The position numbers and the translations under genes were made by a program. A stretch of 42,069 nt of DNA from Brevundimonas sp. (lineage in GTDB: Bacteria > Pseudomonadota > Alphaproteobacteria > Caulobacterales > Caulobacteraceae): NCBI GenBank assembly GCA_046290035.1, contig JBKBUS010000001.1:1-42069 (forward strand), in the 5' to 3' direction. This document shows, in pieces, positions 7,854 through 17,100 of the stretch. Position 1 is the first letter of the stretch, and the number at the start of each line of letters is the position of its first letter. The notes beneath the pieces were generated by a model. The model did not search any database. It was not told the DNA's origin and worked only from the letters and a program-made list of their open reading frames with translations.

Positions 7854-7868
7854 TTAAGCGCGCGTTAA
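7854..7868. promoter_or_regulatory. CtrA-box consensus TTAA-N7-TTAA upstream of repC
   Basis: TTAA GCGCGCG TTAA is an exact match, and TTAA is rare in this high-GC window. Confidence 0.6.
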
Positions 7869-7905
7869 TGCGCGGCGGTAATTGAGAAATTCGGGAGAAG
7901 AGCCG

Positions 7906-8250
7906 CTAGGCGGCGCGAAGCTCGAGCGGAGGGGTTGCCCGTTCGCGGCGAGGCGAGGGGGCCGCCGGCGTGCTGTCGGCGATCAGCGAGTAGACGAGAA
8001 CGCCAACAGAGGTGCAGCGCTCCTGGGCAGCTTCCCGCAGGGCATCGGCCAAGTCTGCATTGATCGAGAGGAAGGTGCGGGAGGAGGAGTCCGGCGCGCT
8101 GGCGAGGCGAACCTTGCTGAAGCGACCGCGCTTGGCGACGAGGATGTCCTCGACCGCGTGGGTCAGCTTCTTGCGGAAGCCATCCGTCAGCGCGACCCGC
8201 GTATCCTCGGGCAGGCGAACGGCGACGTTGGCGTACTTCTTCTCGGACAC
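7906..8250 (-). CDS. Tandem ribbon-helix-helix DNA-binding protein
   Basis: GAGGAG RBS + GTG. Two RHH-like units: NVAVRLPEDTRVAL...LTHAVEDIL and TFLSINADLADALREAA...SVGVLVYSLI. Confidence 0.7.
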   Translation of the reverse strand: MSEKKYANVAVRLPEDTRVALTDGFRKKLTHAVEDILVAKRGRFSKVRLASAPDSSSRTFLSINADLADALREAAQERCTSVGVLVYSLIADSTPAAPSPRRERATPPLELRAA

Positions 8251-8404
8251 GAAGCGGCTCCTCGACGCCCAATATGAGGGACGCCGGGCTTAACGGCAAC
8301 TGAACATGCGCCGCCGGGAAGCTGAAATTGGACAATTTTTCCCGTTTTGTGGCTCCCGGGACTCAGCCGCTTAATCCAGGAGACGAGAAAACTCCGAGAA
8401 GCTG

Positions 8405-9454
8405 CTAGATGCGTTCACCTTTCCGGATGAGCAGGGCCGCCAACTCACTGGTGGTGCGGGCGCGACCGTTGGCCTGGTAGAAGATCGAGCGGTTCCGCGA
8501 AGCCGGAACCGGGAACATGGCGGCGGCCGAACGAGCCGGGGCGCGGCGGGCGGCCGACAGCAGCTGGACGGCGCCGCCGGCGCCGAGGAAGTGGGCGGCG
8601 TACAGCTCGCCCTCGCGGGGCTCCCGACCCAGCGCCGTCCGGAGCTGGCGGCGGTTGTCCTGGGTGAACTCGCCCGCCAGAACAGCGGAGATCTCGGGGT
8701 CGGCGCGAAGCGCCAAGATCAGGGCCCGGTCGCGCGGACTGCGAACCACGGGATCGCCTCGGCCATCGACGCTGATCCGTGCGGCGTAATGGCCTAGGCC
8801 GTGCTTGTGGCCGTGGCGGCGAAGGGTGAGCAGCCACGTCTTTTCGAGGAATTGATAGAGACCGAAGGCCGTCGACGTCGCGGCGTCGGCGTGTGGGTCG
8901 AAGCTGGATTCCCGCGCGGCCGCCCGCCAGAGGTAGGTGTATGGGGCGCCGGTGCGTCGGGAGGCGTCGTAGATCGCCGCCTGGACCTCGGCCGAGGGAG
9001 CGGAGGCGCGCCGCGCGGTCCGCGGCGGCCTAGTTGTCCGGTGCCGGCGGGCGAACCGCTTGAAGTCGAACCGCTCAACAGCCGGGCTGGCGGCCGGAGC
9101 GGTGGACAGGAGCGAAAGTGCGGAGCTGACCTTCGCCGCGATGACCGGATCGAGATCCGCTGACGGATCCCTCGTGGCTGGCGCGGGGCGCGATGGCAGG
9201 CGGCGCATGGCGGCGGCCGCAGCCTCGGCGCGTATGGCGCGGGCGACGGGATCGCCGGCGAGCATGTCCAGGACGTCCGTAGGATCGGTGAGGGGATCGG
9301 CCGTAGGGCCGTCCGCGATGACGGCCCTGGCGAGGCGCTCGTAGGGCGTGGGCTGGTCGGCCGGGGCGGCCCCGATCTGGGTGATCGCGACCAGGGCAGC
9401 TGTAACAGGCGCAGCGAAAGACCGCGCCCGGATGGCGATCATGGCGTAAGCCAT
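8405..9454 (-). CDS. Lytic transglycosylase (SLT domain) with an N-terminal signal/linker
   Basis: AAARESSFDPHA (catalytic E), AFGLYQF..TW, LYAAHFLGAGGA. GGAG RBS before the ATG at 9454. Confidence 0.88.
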   Translation of the reverse strand: MAYAMIAIRARSFAAPVTAALVAITQIGAAPADQPTPYERLARAVIADGPTADPLTDPTDVLDMLAGDPVARAIRAEAAAAAMRRLPSRPAPATRDPSADLDPVIAAKVSSALSLLSTAPAASPAVERFDFKRFARRHRTTRPPRTARRASAPSAEVQAAIYDASRRTGAPYTYLWRAAARESSFDPHADAATSTAFGLYQFLEKTWLLTLRRHGHKHGLGHYAARISVDGRGDPVVRSPRDRALILALRADPEISAVLAGEFTQDNRRQLRTALGREPREGELYAAHFLGAGGAVQLLSAARRAPARSAAAMFPVPASRNRSIFYQANGRARTTSELAALLIRKGERI

Positions 9455-9537
9455 GGTTGCTCCGGGATGCGGTCTGAGGGGACTTCGACGGCGGGGAACC
9501 TGACACGCCAAGCCTTAATCAGCAAGAAACGGGACGC

Positions 9538-9569
9538 AAAAAGAAGGGCCGGCCTCTTGGCCGACCCTT
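9538..9569 (-). terminator. Intrinsic terminator of the parB-like/orf137 unit
   Basis: Minus strand reads AAGGGTCGGCC-AAGA-GGCCGGCCCTT-CTTTTT. Confidence 0.8.
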
Positions 9570-9612
9570 GAGGTGTCCCCGGAGAGTGGCGGGGCGATGC
9601 AACTGGTGACGG

Positions 9613-10026
9613 TCAGTGGACCGCGGGTTCGGAGGCCACGACGCGGAAGCCGTGCTCCTCGAGACGCCGGATCGGTTCGGCGCGGGTGACCGGGTGTGCG
9701 ACCAGCTGGCCGAGCTGGGCAGCCAACTCGGGTAGCGGACGTGGTGTCTCGTGATCCAGAACGGCGTAGCCGGCGCCGAAGCGTTGATCGCCGCTCATGG
9801 GCAGAAGCCGATAGCAGCCGCTGGGGGCGTTCTTCGGCAAGATAGCCGCGAAGCTGACCGGGCTGGGGTCCGCCGCCGCGATGCGGCGTGCGCGGGTGGC
9901 GAGGGCGTCGATCGCCGCCTTCTTGGCGGGATGGGCGTCGAACTCGGCCGAGGCTGACAGTCGGCGCAGCGCCAGCAGGAGAAGCATGGCCTGCTGAGCG
10001 TCGTCGATAGGGAGGTGATAGCTCAT
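9613..10026 (-). CDS. Hypothetical protein (137 aa)
   Basis: Good codon usage; sits between the ParB-like gene and a terminator. Confidence 0.65.
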   Translation of the reverse strand: MSYHLPIDDAQQAMLLLLALRRLSASAEFDAHPAKKAAIDALATRARRIAAADPSPVSFAAILPKNAPSGCYRLLPMSGDQRFGAGYAVLDHETPRPLPELAAQLGQLVAHPVTRAEPIRRLEEHGFRVVASEPAVH

Positions 10027-10072
10027 GGTGCGGTCCGGGCAGGGGAGGGGGCCGAAGCCCCCTCCGGAGACG

Positions 10073-11995
10073 TCAGCCCTCCTCTCCGTCCTGGCCGAAC
10101 TCGGCGTCGTCGTCGTCCTGCGGACCCATGGCCGCCGCCAGTGCGGCCCGGTTGCCGCCTTCTTCCAGCACCGGCTCGGTGAGGTTGGCCAGCAGGGGCG
10201 GGACCCAGCGGTGCTTGGCCGCCATTCGGCCGACGACCTCGATCAGAACGCCGACCTTGTCTTTGGCATGGGCGTCGACGTCGCCCTCCATGTCGCGGAT
10301 GGCGCCGAGCAGCGAGGCCTTCTTCGCGCCCTTCAGGAACTCGCCGTCCGGGGTCCACGCCTCGGACATCACCACACCCGCCCGTCCGGCGATCAGCCCC
10401 AGCTGGGCCCACGCCTTCTTCCGGTGGAAGTCCGCGCGAGCGGCGACGGCGTTCAGCGACGCCGCCACGCACAGGGCGTTCAGCTGCATCTTCTCGTCCA
10501 TCGTGAGCGCCACGACGGCCGGGAAGAACTCCAGGTAGGTGTGCGGCAGGCGGTCGTCCCACGCTGCGAACAGGTCCTCGTACTCCCGGTCGCCCTTGAC
10601 GCTGGTGCCCTCGGCCGGCTCGGAGCCGGTCACATAGGCGGGCATGGCGTAGTCCTGGTGGCCCCGCCCGTGACGCAGAAGGACCCACGCCTTATGGGCC
10701 AGGTCGGCGTCGAAGGCCGCCAACGGGTCCAGCGCCACGGCATTGCGGACCGCCGTCGTCGCCACTCGGGTCATTCGCTCGTGGCCAGCATGACCGAACG
10801 GAGGGGGCGGAGCCTTGCCGCTGTCCGACGCGGACCCGTCCGCCCTCGCCGGCCGGAAGTAACCGCGCATCACCTCCACGTGCCCGCCGTTCCGCAGGAC
10901 GATGAACACCTTGCCGGAAGCGCGGTCCTCGTCGGTCCAGAGCCGACGGGCTTCCTCAAGCGCGTGGCGTTCGCTCATGGCCTCGGCCTTGGCGTAGGGG
11001 CACGTCTCGGGGTCGATGATGAGCGCCTGCAGCTCGTCCCGTCGCGCCGCCTCGGCCTCGGTCGGGTCCCGCATGTCGGGATAGGCCCGCTCAAGAACGC
11101 CCGCGAAGTTGTACGTGTTGGGGGCGACCTCGACGGCCGCCCAGCCCTCCGCCTGAATCGTCTCCACCAGTCGGGCCAGCTTCTCGTGTTTGAGCTGCTG
11201 CACCAGAGCGGCGTCGGTCCAGACCTCGCTGTTGTTGTTGCTGAACAGGTCCTGGATGAAGGTGCCGCCGGCGGCGAGGTAGGCCTCGCGGCCGACGAAC
11301 AGCGCGTCGCTGTCCCGGCCGCCAATGGTGCCGTCCGTCAGCATCCGGCGAACCTCATAGGCGCGGACCCATTTCTGGGTTTCCATCAGAAGCGACCAAA
11401 CCTCTTCCTGCCGTGCCGTGTCGTCCGTCAGGGTGAAGGCCTTGAGCACGTCCAGATCGACCTCCTCGCGCTCGAAGGCCTCGAAAACGACCGCCGGAAC
11501 GCGGGACAGCTTCAGCAGCCGGACCACGTTCGACTCGGGCACACCGCAGACGGCGGCGATCGCCCGCTCGTCCAGCCCCTTGTCCGCGAGGCCCTTGTAG
11601 GCGCGCAGTTCCTGCGCCGGAGTAGGCGCCTGGCGCTGGGTGTTCTCCACCAGGCTGGCTTCCAGCGCCGACGCCTTGTCCTTGATCGTCACCGGAACGC
11701 CGTTGGCCGCGATGTCGGCGGGCAGCCGCTTCTCCTTCTTCAGGCGGTTCAGCGCGGTACGCCGCCGCCGACCGCACGTGACGTAGAAGATGTCGCCGTC
11801 GACGTAGCCGACCAGGTTCTGCAGGAGGCCAACCCTCGGATTGGCGATGGAGTCGCACATGCCCGTCAGGTCGTCCTCGGCCTTCCGGCCGCCTTCACGC
11901 ATGTTCTCGGGAGCGACCTTGGTCTTGGCCAATGGCCAACGGGCGTTGACCTCGACCGGGACGGCGTCAGTGGTGTCGATAGGAGCGGCTTGCAT
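10073..11995 (-). CDS. Large ParB/Srx-domain protein (plasmid leading-region type)
   Basis: GLLQNLVG, GRRR arginine patch, ASLVENTQR, an HTH, YLAAGG...DLF, and a long C-terminus. Confidence 0.88.
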   Translation of the reverse strand: MQAAPIDTTDAVPVEVNARWPLAKTKVAPENMREGGRKAEDDLTGMCDSIANPRVGLLQNLVGYVDGDIFYVTCGRRRRTALNRLKKEKRLPADIAANGVPVTIKDKASALEASLVENTQRQAPTPAQELRAYKGLADKGLDERAIAAVCGVPESNVVRLLKLSRVPAVVFEAFEREEVDLDVLKAFTLTDDTARQEEVWSLLMETQKWVRAYEVRRMLTDGTIGGRDSDALFVGREAYLAAGGTFIQDLFSNNNSEVWTDAALVQQLKHEKLARLVETIQAEGWAAVEVAPNTYNFAGVLERAYPDMRDPTEAEAARRDELQALIIDPETCPYAKAEAMSERHALEEARRLWTDEDRASGKVFIVLRNGGHVEVMRGYFRPARADGSASDSGKAPPPPFGHAGHERMTRVATTAVRNAVALDPLAAFDADLAHKAWVLLRHGRGHQDYAMPAYVTGSEPAEGTSVKGDREYEDLFAAWDDRLPHTYLEFFPAVVALTMDEKMQLNALCVAASLNAVAARADFHRKKAWAQLGLIAGRAGVVMSEAWTPDGEFLKGAKKASLLGAIRDMEGDVDAHAKDKVGVLIEVVGRMAAKHRWVPPLLANLTEPVLEEGGNRAALAAAMGPQDDDDAEFGQDGEEG

Positions 11996-12000
11996 CGGTT

Positions 12001-12590
12001 TTGTTCCCTTTTATGAGGCGCAGCCGAGCCCCCAAGCCACCCACGGCAGGGACACCCCCTCCGTTTCCGGTTGGCCCAAGACAGGGAAAGTCCTTGGAAC
12101 TCGCCCGCGCGAGTTTCCTGAGCGCGGGCGACAAAGACGCCCGCTAAGGGAGGTGAGGCCGTCACAGACCGAACCGGCGGGGAGGGGGATCACCCGTCCT
12201 GCAGGCGCAGCCGAAGGGCGGGGAAACCCCGCCGGTCCGCCTCCGGCCGCGAGGCCGAGAGGTTGTCTTGACGGCCGAGGAGGGAACGTCCTCCCAATGC
12301 AGACTTCGAATCCGAGGAATGCGGGAGCGTAGCGACCCACCGTCCGGCCCCGTGGGGACGAGGGGCCGGAGTGGCAGGGAGCAGAGGCGGAGCGGGCGGC
12401 GCTTGTCGCCGGCTGCTGGCGACCGGGACAGGCCTGAGAGGCCAGGCGATCCGAGCGGAGGCTTGCGGCGGATGAGGGGGCGCAGCGAGAGGGAGCCGCT
12501 GACGAGAACAGCGTGGTGGAAGCCAGCCCTACGGCCGCTGTGGCAGGACCCGGGGACGCGAAGGCGCAGAACCGGAAGGGCCGGCCGCCG
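12001..12590. other. About 590-bp non-coding region with multiple nested hairpins
   Basis: Inverted repeats TCGCCCGCGC/GCGCGGGCGA (12101-12131), GGCCGTCA/TGACGGCC (12157-12276), ACCGGCGGGG/CCCCGCCGGT (12173-12236) and TCCGGCCCC/GGGGCCGGA. Confidence 0.65.
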
Positions 12591-12592
12591 AC

Positions 12593-13504
12593 TTAGGCGG
12601 CCAGTTCAATCACCGGGATGCCGCGCTTCCGCGCCTTGTCGACCAGGTTGTTGCGGACGCCGTTGCCGGGCCCTGCGATGACGCCGATCGGGAGGGCGTC
12701 GAGCATCCGATCATTGCGCTTGAAGGGAGCGGCGTTGCCGTGGCGCTTGAAGTCGGGCTCGAACCGGATCTGGGGGACCTTGCGGCTTTCAGCCCAGCAG
12801 GAGGCAATCTTGGCCGCACCCGTTTTGTCCCCGGTGTGAGCCAGAACCATGTCGGGGTGTTTCGCGTGGGTCTTGTCGAGGACGGCCCAGATTCGGTCGT
12901 GGTCGTTGAACGAGGCCTCGGAGATGAAGGCGATGACGGGGCCGCTCGGGGCGTGAACGACGTGATCGGCGCGGGCGCGAGCGTTCATGAAGTCGCGGGC
13001 GTCCAGCATAGCGGAGGTCAGCGTAGAGCGGTTGACCTTGCTGCCGGCGGCAGGCCGCCATGCGCTGCCGGTCTGACGGCTGTAGAGATCGGCGGCGATG
13101 TCCCGCAGAGCCTCGAAGCTGTTGCGCCGCTCGATGAGGCTGATGCCCAGAGCCGTGAGGCGTTCGAGTTCAACAGACCGGATCTCCGACCCGTCCTGAA
13201 CAAGCTGGGAGTCGCGTTGGGCAACCTCGTTGCGGTCCAGGTGGCCGTCCAGCTGGGTCACCTTCCGATGGAGCACGTTCACGACGCCCCAGAGGACATC
13301 ATCCAGGTCGGGTTCGAGCCGGGTGTCTGAGAACATGTGGCCCAGCGCGTCGAAGACGTCGCCCAAGGCCTGGTGACAGGTGGGCGCGTCGGGCAGGGGG
13401 CGAGGATCGGCCTCGTCGGTGAGAGGGCGATAGCCGAAGAGGGCCAGCTCATCGAGGAGCGCCCCGGTCGGGGTGGTCTGCTGGTGGAAAGCGCCGTCTG
13501 CCAT
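12593..13504 (-). CDS. DUF2493 (SLOG/YspA-like) domain protein
   Basis: LFGYRP..DEADPRPLP, DTRLEPDL..LWG.VN, FNDHDRIWAVLDK.HAKHPDMVLAH, AAPFKRND.ML. AGGAG upstream of the ATG at 13504. Confidence 0.85.
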   Translation of the reverse strand: MADGAFHQQTTPTGALLDELALFGYRPLTDEADPRPLPDAPTCHQALGDVFDALGHMFSDTRLEPDLDDVLWGVVNVLHRKVTQLDGHLDRNEVAQRDSQLVQDGSEIRSVELERLTALGISLIERRNSFEALRDIAADLYSRQTGSAWRPAAGSKVNRSTLTSAMLDARDFMNARARADHVVHAPSGPVIAFISEASFNDHDRIWAVLDKTHAKHPDMVLAHTGDKTGAAKIASCWAESRKVPQIRFEPDFKRHGNAAPFKRNDRMLDALPIGVIAGPGNGVRNNLVDKARKRGIPVIELAA

Positions 13505-13520
13505 GGTCCTGCTCCTGTGT

Positions 13521-13711
13521 TCTGGACGGGCCGCCCTGGCGGCCTTCACGGGGACCGATGCGGCGCAGCGGGCACGGGGCCGCACCCGGAAGGGCCGGAA
13601 CGGAGTGGAGGACCGCGAAGCGGTTGCGGAACCGGGCAGGGCGCTCTCGCCCGGCCGCTGCGCAGGTCCCCCTCTCGTGAAGGCCCCGAAGGGCGGACTC
13701 TCATGTCCAGA
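13521..13711 (+). repeat. Structured upstream element, copy B; core 13578-13629
   Basis: Five nested stems (TCTGGAC/GTCCAGA, GGCCTTCACG/CGTGAAGGCC, GGGGACC/GGTCCCC, GCGCAGCGG/CCGCTGCGC, CCGCA/TGCGG) enclose the core shared with copy A. Confidence 0.8.
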
Positions 13712-13780
13712 CGCAGGGCGTCGCCGGCGGTGCGTGTCCGCCGGAACGCTCCGATCGGAGCGCAAAGGGCTGGTGGCAGC

Positions 13781-14173
13781 TTAGTCGCGGGCCGTCAGCC
13801 GATGCTGCTTGGCGAAGTCCCATGCAGCGTTCCAGAGGGCCATGTCGGCAAGCGCCTGTCGTTCCTCTTCTGGATCGTCGGCGATGTGTCGGCCCGAGGC
13901 CGGATCGAAGTGCGTTTCCCAGGAGCCCTTGGGCTCGCGGCCGACGACGCGGGTGAAGGCCTCCGCCATGACCATGTTGGCGTCAAGGAAGTCGTGGGAT
14001 GCGCAGGCAAGGGGATCGTCCCATTCGGCATTGCGTCGGCGAACGATGGCCAGCACGGCTGGCGTGACCTGACTCTGGTAAAGGTCCGCGAAGGCGGTTC
14101 CGATGAGCGCTGCGAGATGTGCGTCTGCACCCGAGCGCGCGGCAACCTCGACGGTGTCGGTAGGAGGCGTCAT
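13781..14173 (-). CDS. Hypothetical protein (CASHDFLDAN motif)
   Basis: GAGGAG RBS directly after the helicase stop; good codon usage. Confidence 0.75.
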   Translation of the reverse strand: MTPPTDTVEVAARSGADAHLAALIGTAFADLYQSQVTPAVLAIVRRRNAEWDDPLACASHDFLDANMVMAEAFTRVVGREPKGSWETHFDPASGRHIADDPEEERQALADMALWNAAWDFAKQHRLTARD

Positions 14174-14184
14174 GGAGGTGCTCC

Positions 14185-17100
14185 TCAGGCGGAACGCCGG
14201 CGAATGGATGTGATAGAGTGGCGGGCGATGAGGTCGCCGAGGATCCTCGGGCCGTCGGCTCCGACCGGGATGAAGAGGCGGGTCTGGTAGCTGATGATCT
14301 CGGTTCGCATTCCGGCCGCCTTCAGGCCGGGGAGGGCGGAGCGATCGGCGCCGACGACTTCGACACGCGGCAGGCCCATGACCAGGCTGCGCCGAACGGA
14401 CAAGCCGTCGGTGAGCTGCAGCGTCGCGCCGTGCTCGAGCACCATTGACCAGGCGGCCGCGGGATCGACGTCCGGGGCAGCCAGGCCGAAGGCGGTGCAG
14501 ACGCCGGGCAGGGCGGCCGGTTCGACCATCCGGCCGATGAGGCGATCGCCATTGCTTGCCTGCAGGCGGTAGACGCGCGTGGCGTCGTTGGGGAGTCGGG
14601 ACCAGATCGGCAGGAGGAGGCCGGTCACGAGGTGGAAGGTAGTTTCGGCCGTTTCCGGCAGGGCGGAGACTTCGGCCTCCCAGGCGCGGCGGAACTCCTC
14701 CGGACTGGCCGACTGCCAGTGGGAGCTATCGAGCGCCTTGCGGCTGAGGCGTTCCTGGTGAAGCGGCCGGAACAGGCGGCGGCGCTCCTCCATCTCGCCG
14801 TTTTCGTGCATGAGGGATGCCGTGCGCACGGCGACCGCGGCGCGGCCGGAGTGTTGGTTGACGAGCAAGCGACCCTCGGCCTCATCGCAGAGCCGCAGGG
14901 CGTCGCTGGAAGAAAGCGGTCGCAGGCGCTCCACCTGCCTGATCTCGATCAGGCGGGTTTCTGCGCCGCTTTCCGGGTGGGTGAAGATGGTGCGCTCGCT
15001 CACGATGTCGAACCGCTCGGCGGTCAGCTGTTCGACGCCGATCTCGTAGGTGCCGGCGGCGATCGCGGCCTCCACTTCGGCCTCAATCCGCTCCTCGAGG
15101 TAGCCGAAGATGGCGTTCTGCTGGGCGATCCGCATGGCGAGGACACGATTGAGGAAGGTGGTGATCGGCGGCAGGTCCTCCTTGAGGCTGCCGTCCTGGT
15201 CGACCAGAGACAGACCGGTCGCCTCCTCGAATTCAATCAGGCTCAAACCGGCGATTTCGCCGCGGTAGAGCATCCGGTAGAGGCGGCGCAGCGCGGTCTT
15301 GGCGTAGTCGCTTTCAAGGTTGTCCTCCGGGCGGAAGAGGCCTTGCCCGCCCGTCTGGCGCTGGCCCTTCGTGAGGGCGCCAAGGCTGTCGAGCCGCCGT
15401 GCGATGGTGGAAAGGAAGCGCTTCTCGCCCTTCACGTTCGTGGCGACCGGGCGGAAAAGCGGCGCGTGGGCCTGGTTGGTTCGGTTGGTGCGGCCGAGGC
15501 CCTGGACGGCGGCGTCAGCGCGCCATCCAGGCTCCAAGAGGTAGTGGGCCCGCTTAGCGCGGTTCTTGGCGCCGAGATCGGCGTGGTAGGAGCGACCGGT
15601 CCCGCCGGCGTCGGAGAAGACGAGGATCTGCTTCACGCCATCCATGAAGGCCGCGGTCTCGGCCTGGTTGGAGGAGGCGGGCCGGCGTTCGACGGCGAGA
15701 CGATCGCCATCCGGCCCGGATTTGCGCACGATCCGGCGCGAGCGGCCGGTCACTTCGGCGATGACATCAGACCCGAAATGCTGGATCAGCTGGTCGAGGG
15801 CCGCCCCGACCGGCGGCAACGAGCCGAGATGTTCGATCAGCTGGTCGCGGCGCTCGAGGGCGGCCTGGCAGACGACCAGGTTGCCCCCGTCGTAGGCCGG
15901 GCGGGAGCGGATGTTGCCCTCCTCGTCTGAAAAGGTCTCGTGGAGGGCGATCGGAAAGGAGTTCATCAGGTAGTCGAGGACGTACTCGCGCGGCGTCACG
16001 TCGACCTGGATGTCGCTCCATTCGCTGACGGGGATCTCGCTCAGGCGGCGTTCGGTCAGAGCTTCGCCGGTCGTCACGACCTGAATGACCGGGGCCATGC
16101 CGGCGACGAGGTCCTTCTCGATCTGGGCGATGACGGTCGGGACCTTCATCGAGTTGAGGAGGATCGAGAAGAAGCGCTGCTTCGCACCCTCAAAGGCCGA
16201 GCGGGCCGCGCCCTTGGCGTTGCCGTTCAGGGTCCCGCCATCCTCGTCGGTGACGTTCGTCAGGCGCAGCGCGTCGTCGAGGTTGTTGTGAATGACCGAG
16301 AAGGCGTCAGCGTAGGCGTCGTAGATCTCGATCTGGGCCGGGGTGAGCTCATGCTCGAGCATCTCGTATTCGACGCCGGCGTAGGACAGCGAGCGGGCGG
16401 TGTAGAGGCCCAGTGCCTTGAGGTCGCGCGCAAGCACCTCCATGGCGGCGACGCCGCCCGCCTCCATGGCCGCCACGAAGCTGGCCCGGGTGGGGAAGGG
16501 GAAGTTGGCGCCGCCCCAAAGGCCCAAGCGCGCCGCGTACCCGAGGTTGGAGACAACCGTCGCCCCGGTCGCGGAAACGTAGAGGATTCGGGCGTTCGGC
16601 AGGGCGTTCTGCAGGCGCAGACCAACCTTGCCCTGTTCAGAGGGGCCCCGATCGCCGCGGGCGCCCTTCTCGCCGGCGGCGTTCGCCATGGCGTGGGCCT
16701 CGTCGAAGATGATGAGGCCGTCGAAGTCCGGGCCGAGCCAGGCCAGCAGCTGGTCGAGGCGCGATGCCTTGTCTCCTCGCGGGCCCGAGCGGAGGGTGGC
16801 GTAGGTGGTGAAAAGGATCCCTTCGGTCAGGGTGATGGTGGCGCCGAGCGGGAAGCGGGACTGCGGGACGATCTGCTGGGGCAGGCCCCCGAGAGCGCTC
16901 CAATCTCTGCGGGCGTCCTCGATCAGGGGATCGTTCTTGGAGACCCAGACGATGCGACGACGGCCCTGCAGCCAGTTGTCCAGTCCAATGGCGGCCGACT
17001 GCCTCCCCTTGCCCGCACCTGTGCCATCGCCGAGAAAGAAGCCCCGGCGATAGGCCGCGCCGTTGTCCTCGCCGGCGGCGATGAGGTTGTCGTAGCTCTC

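Noticed and set aside
10043-10065. Hairpin after the ParB-like gene as an ssDNA element
   Set aside because: It reads as a C(UUCG)G tetraloop on the mRNA strand, so it is better explained as an ordinary mRNA stem-loop.
10073-11995. ParB-like gene as the RepB/ParB partner of parA or repC
   Set aside because: It is 640 aa, in a separate terminated unit and of the leading-region type; parA already has a coupled RHH adaptor.
10025-12016. 663-aa plus-strand ORF and similar long ORFs (454-1587, 14632-15930, 15940-17376, 22443-23969, 25066-26928)
   Set aside because: These are antisense shadows of well-supported genes, expected from high-GC codon bias, and carry no motifs.
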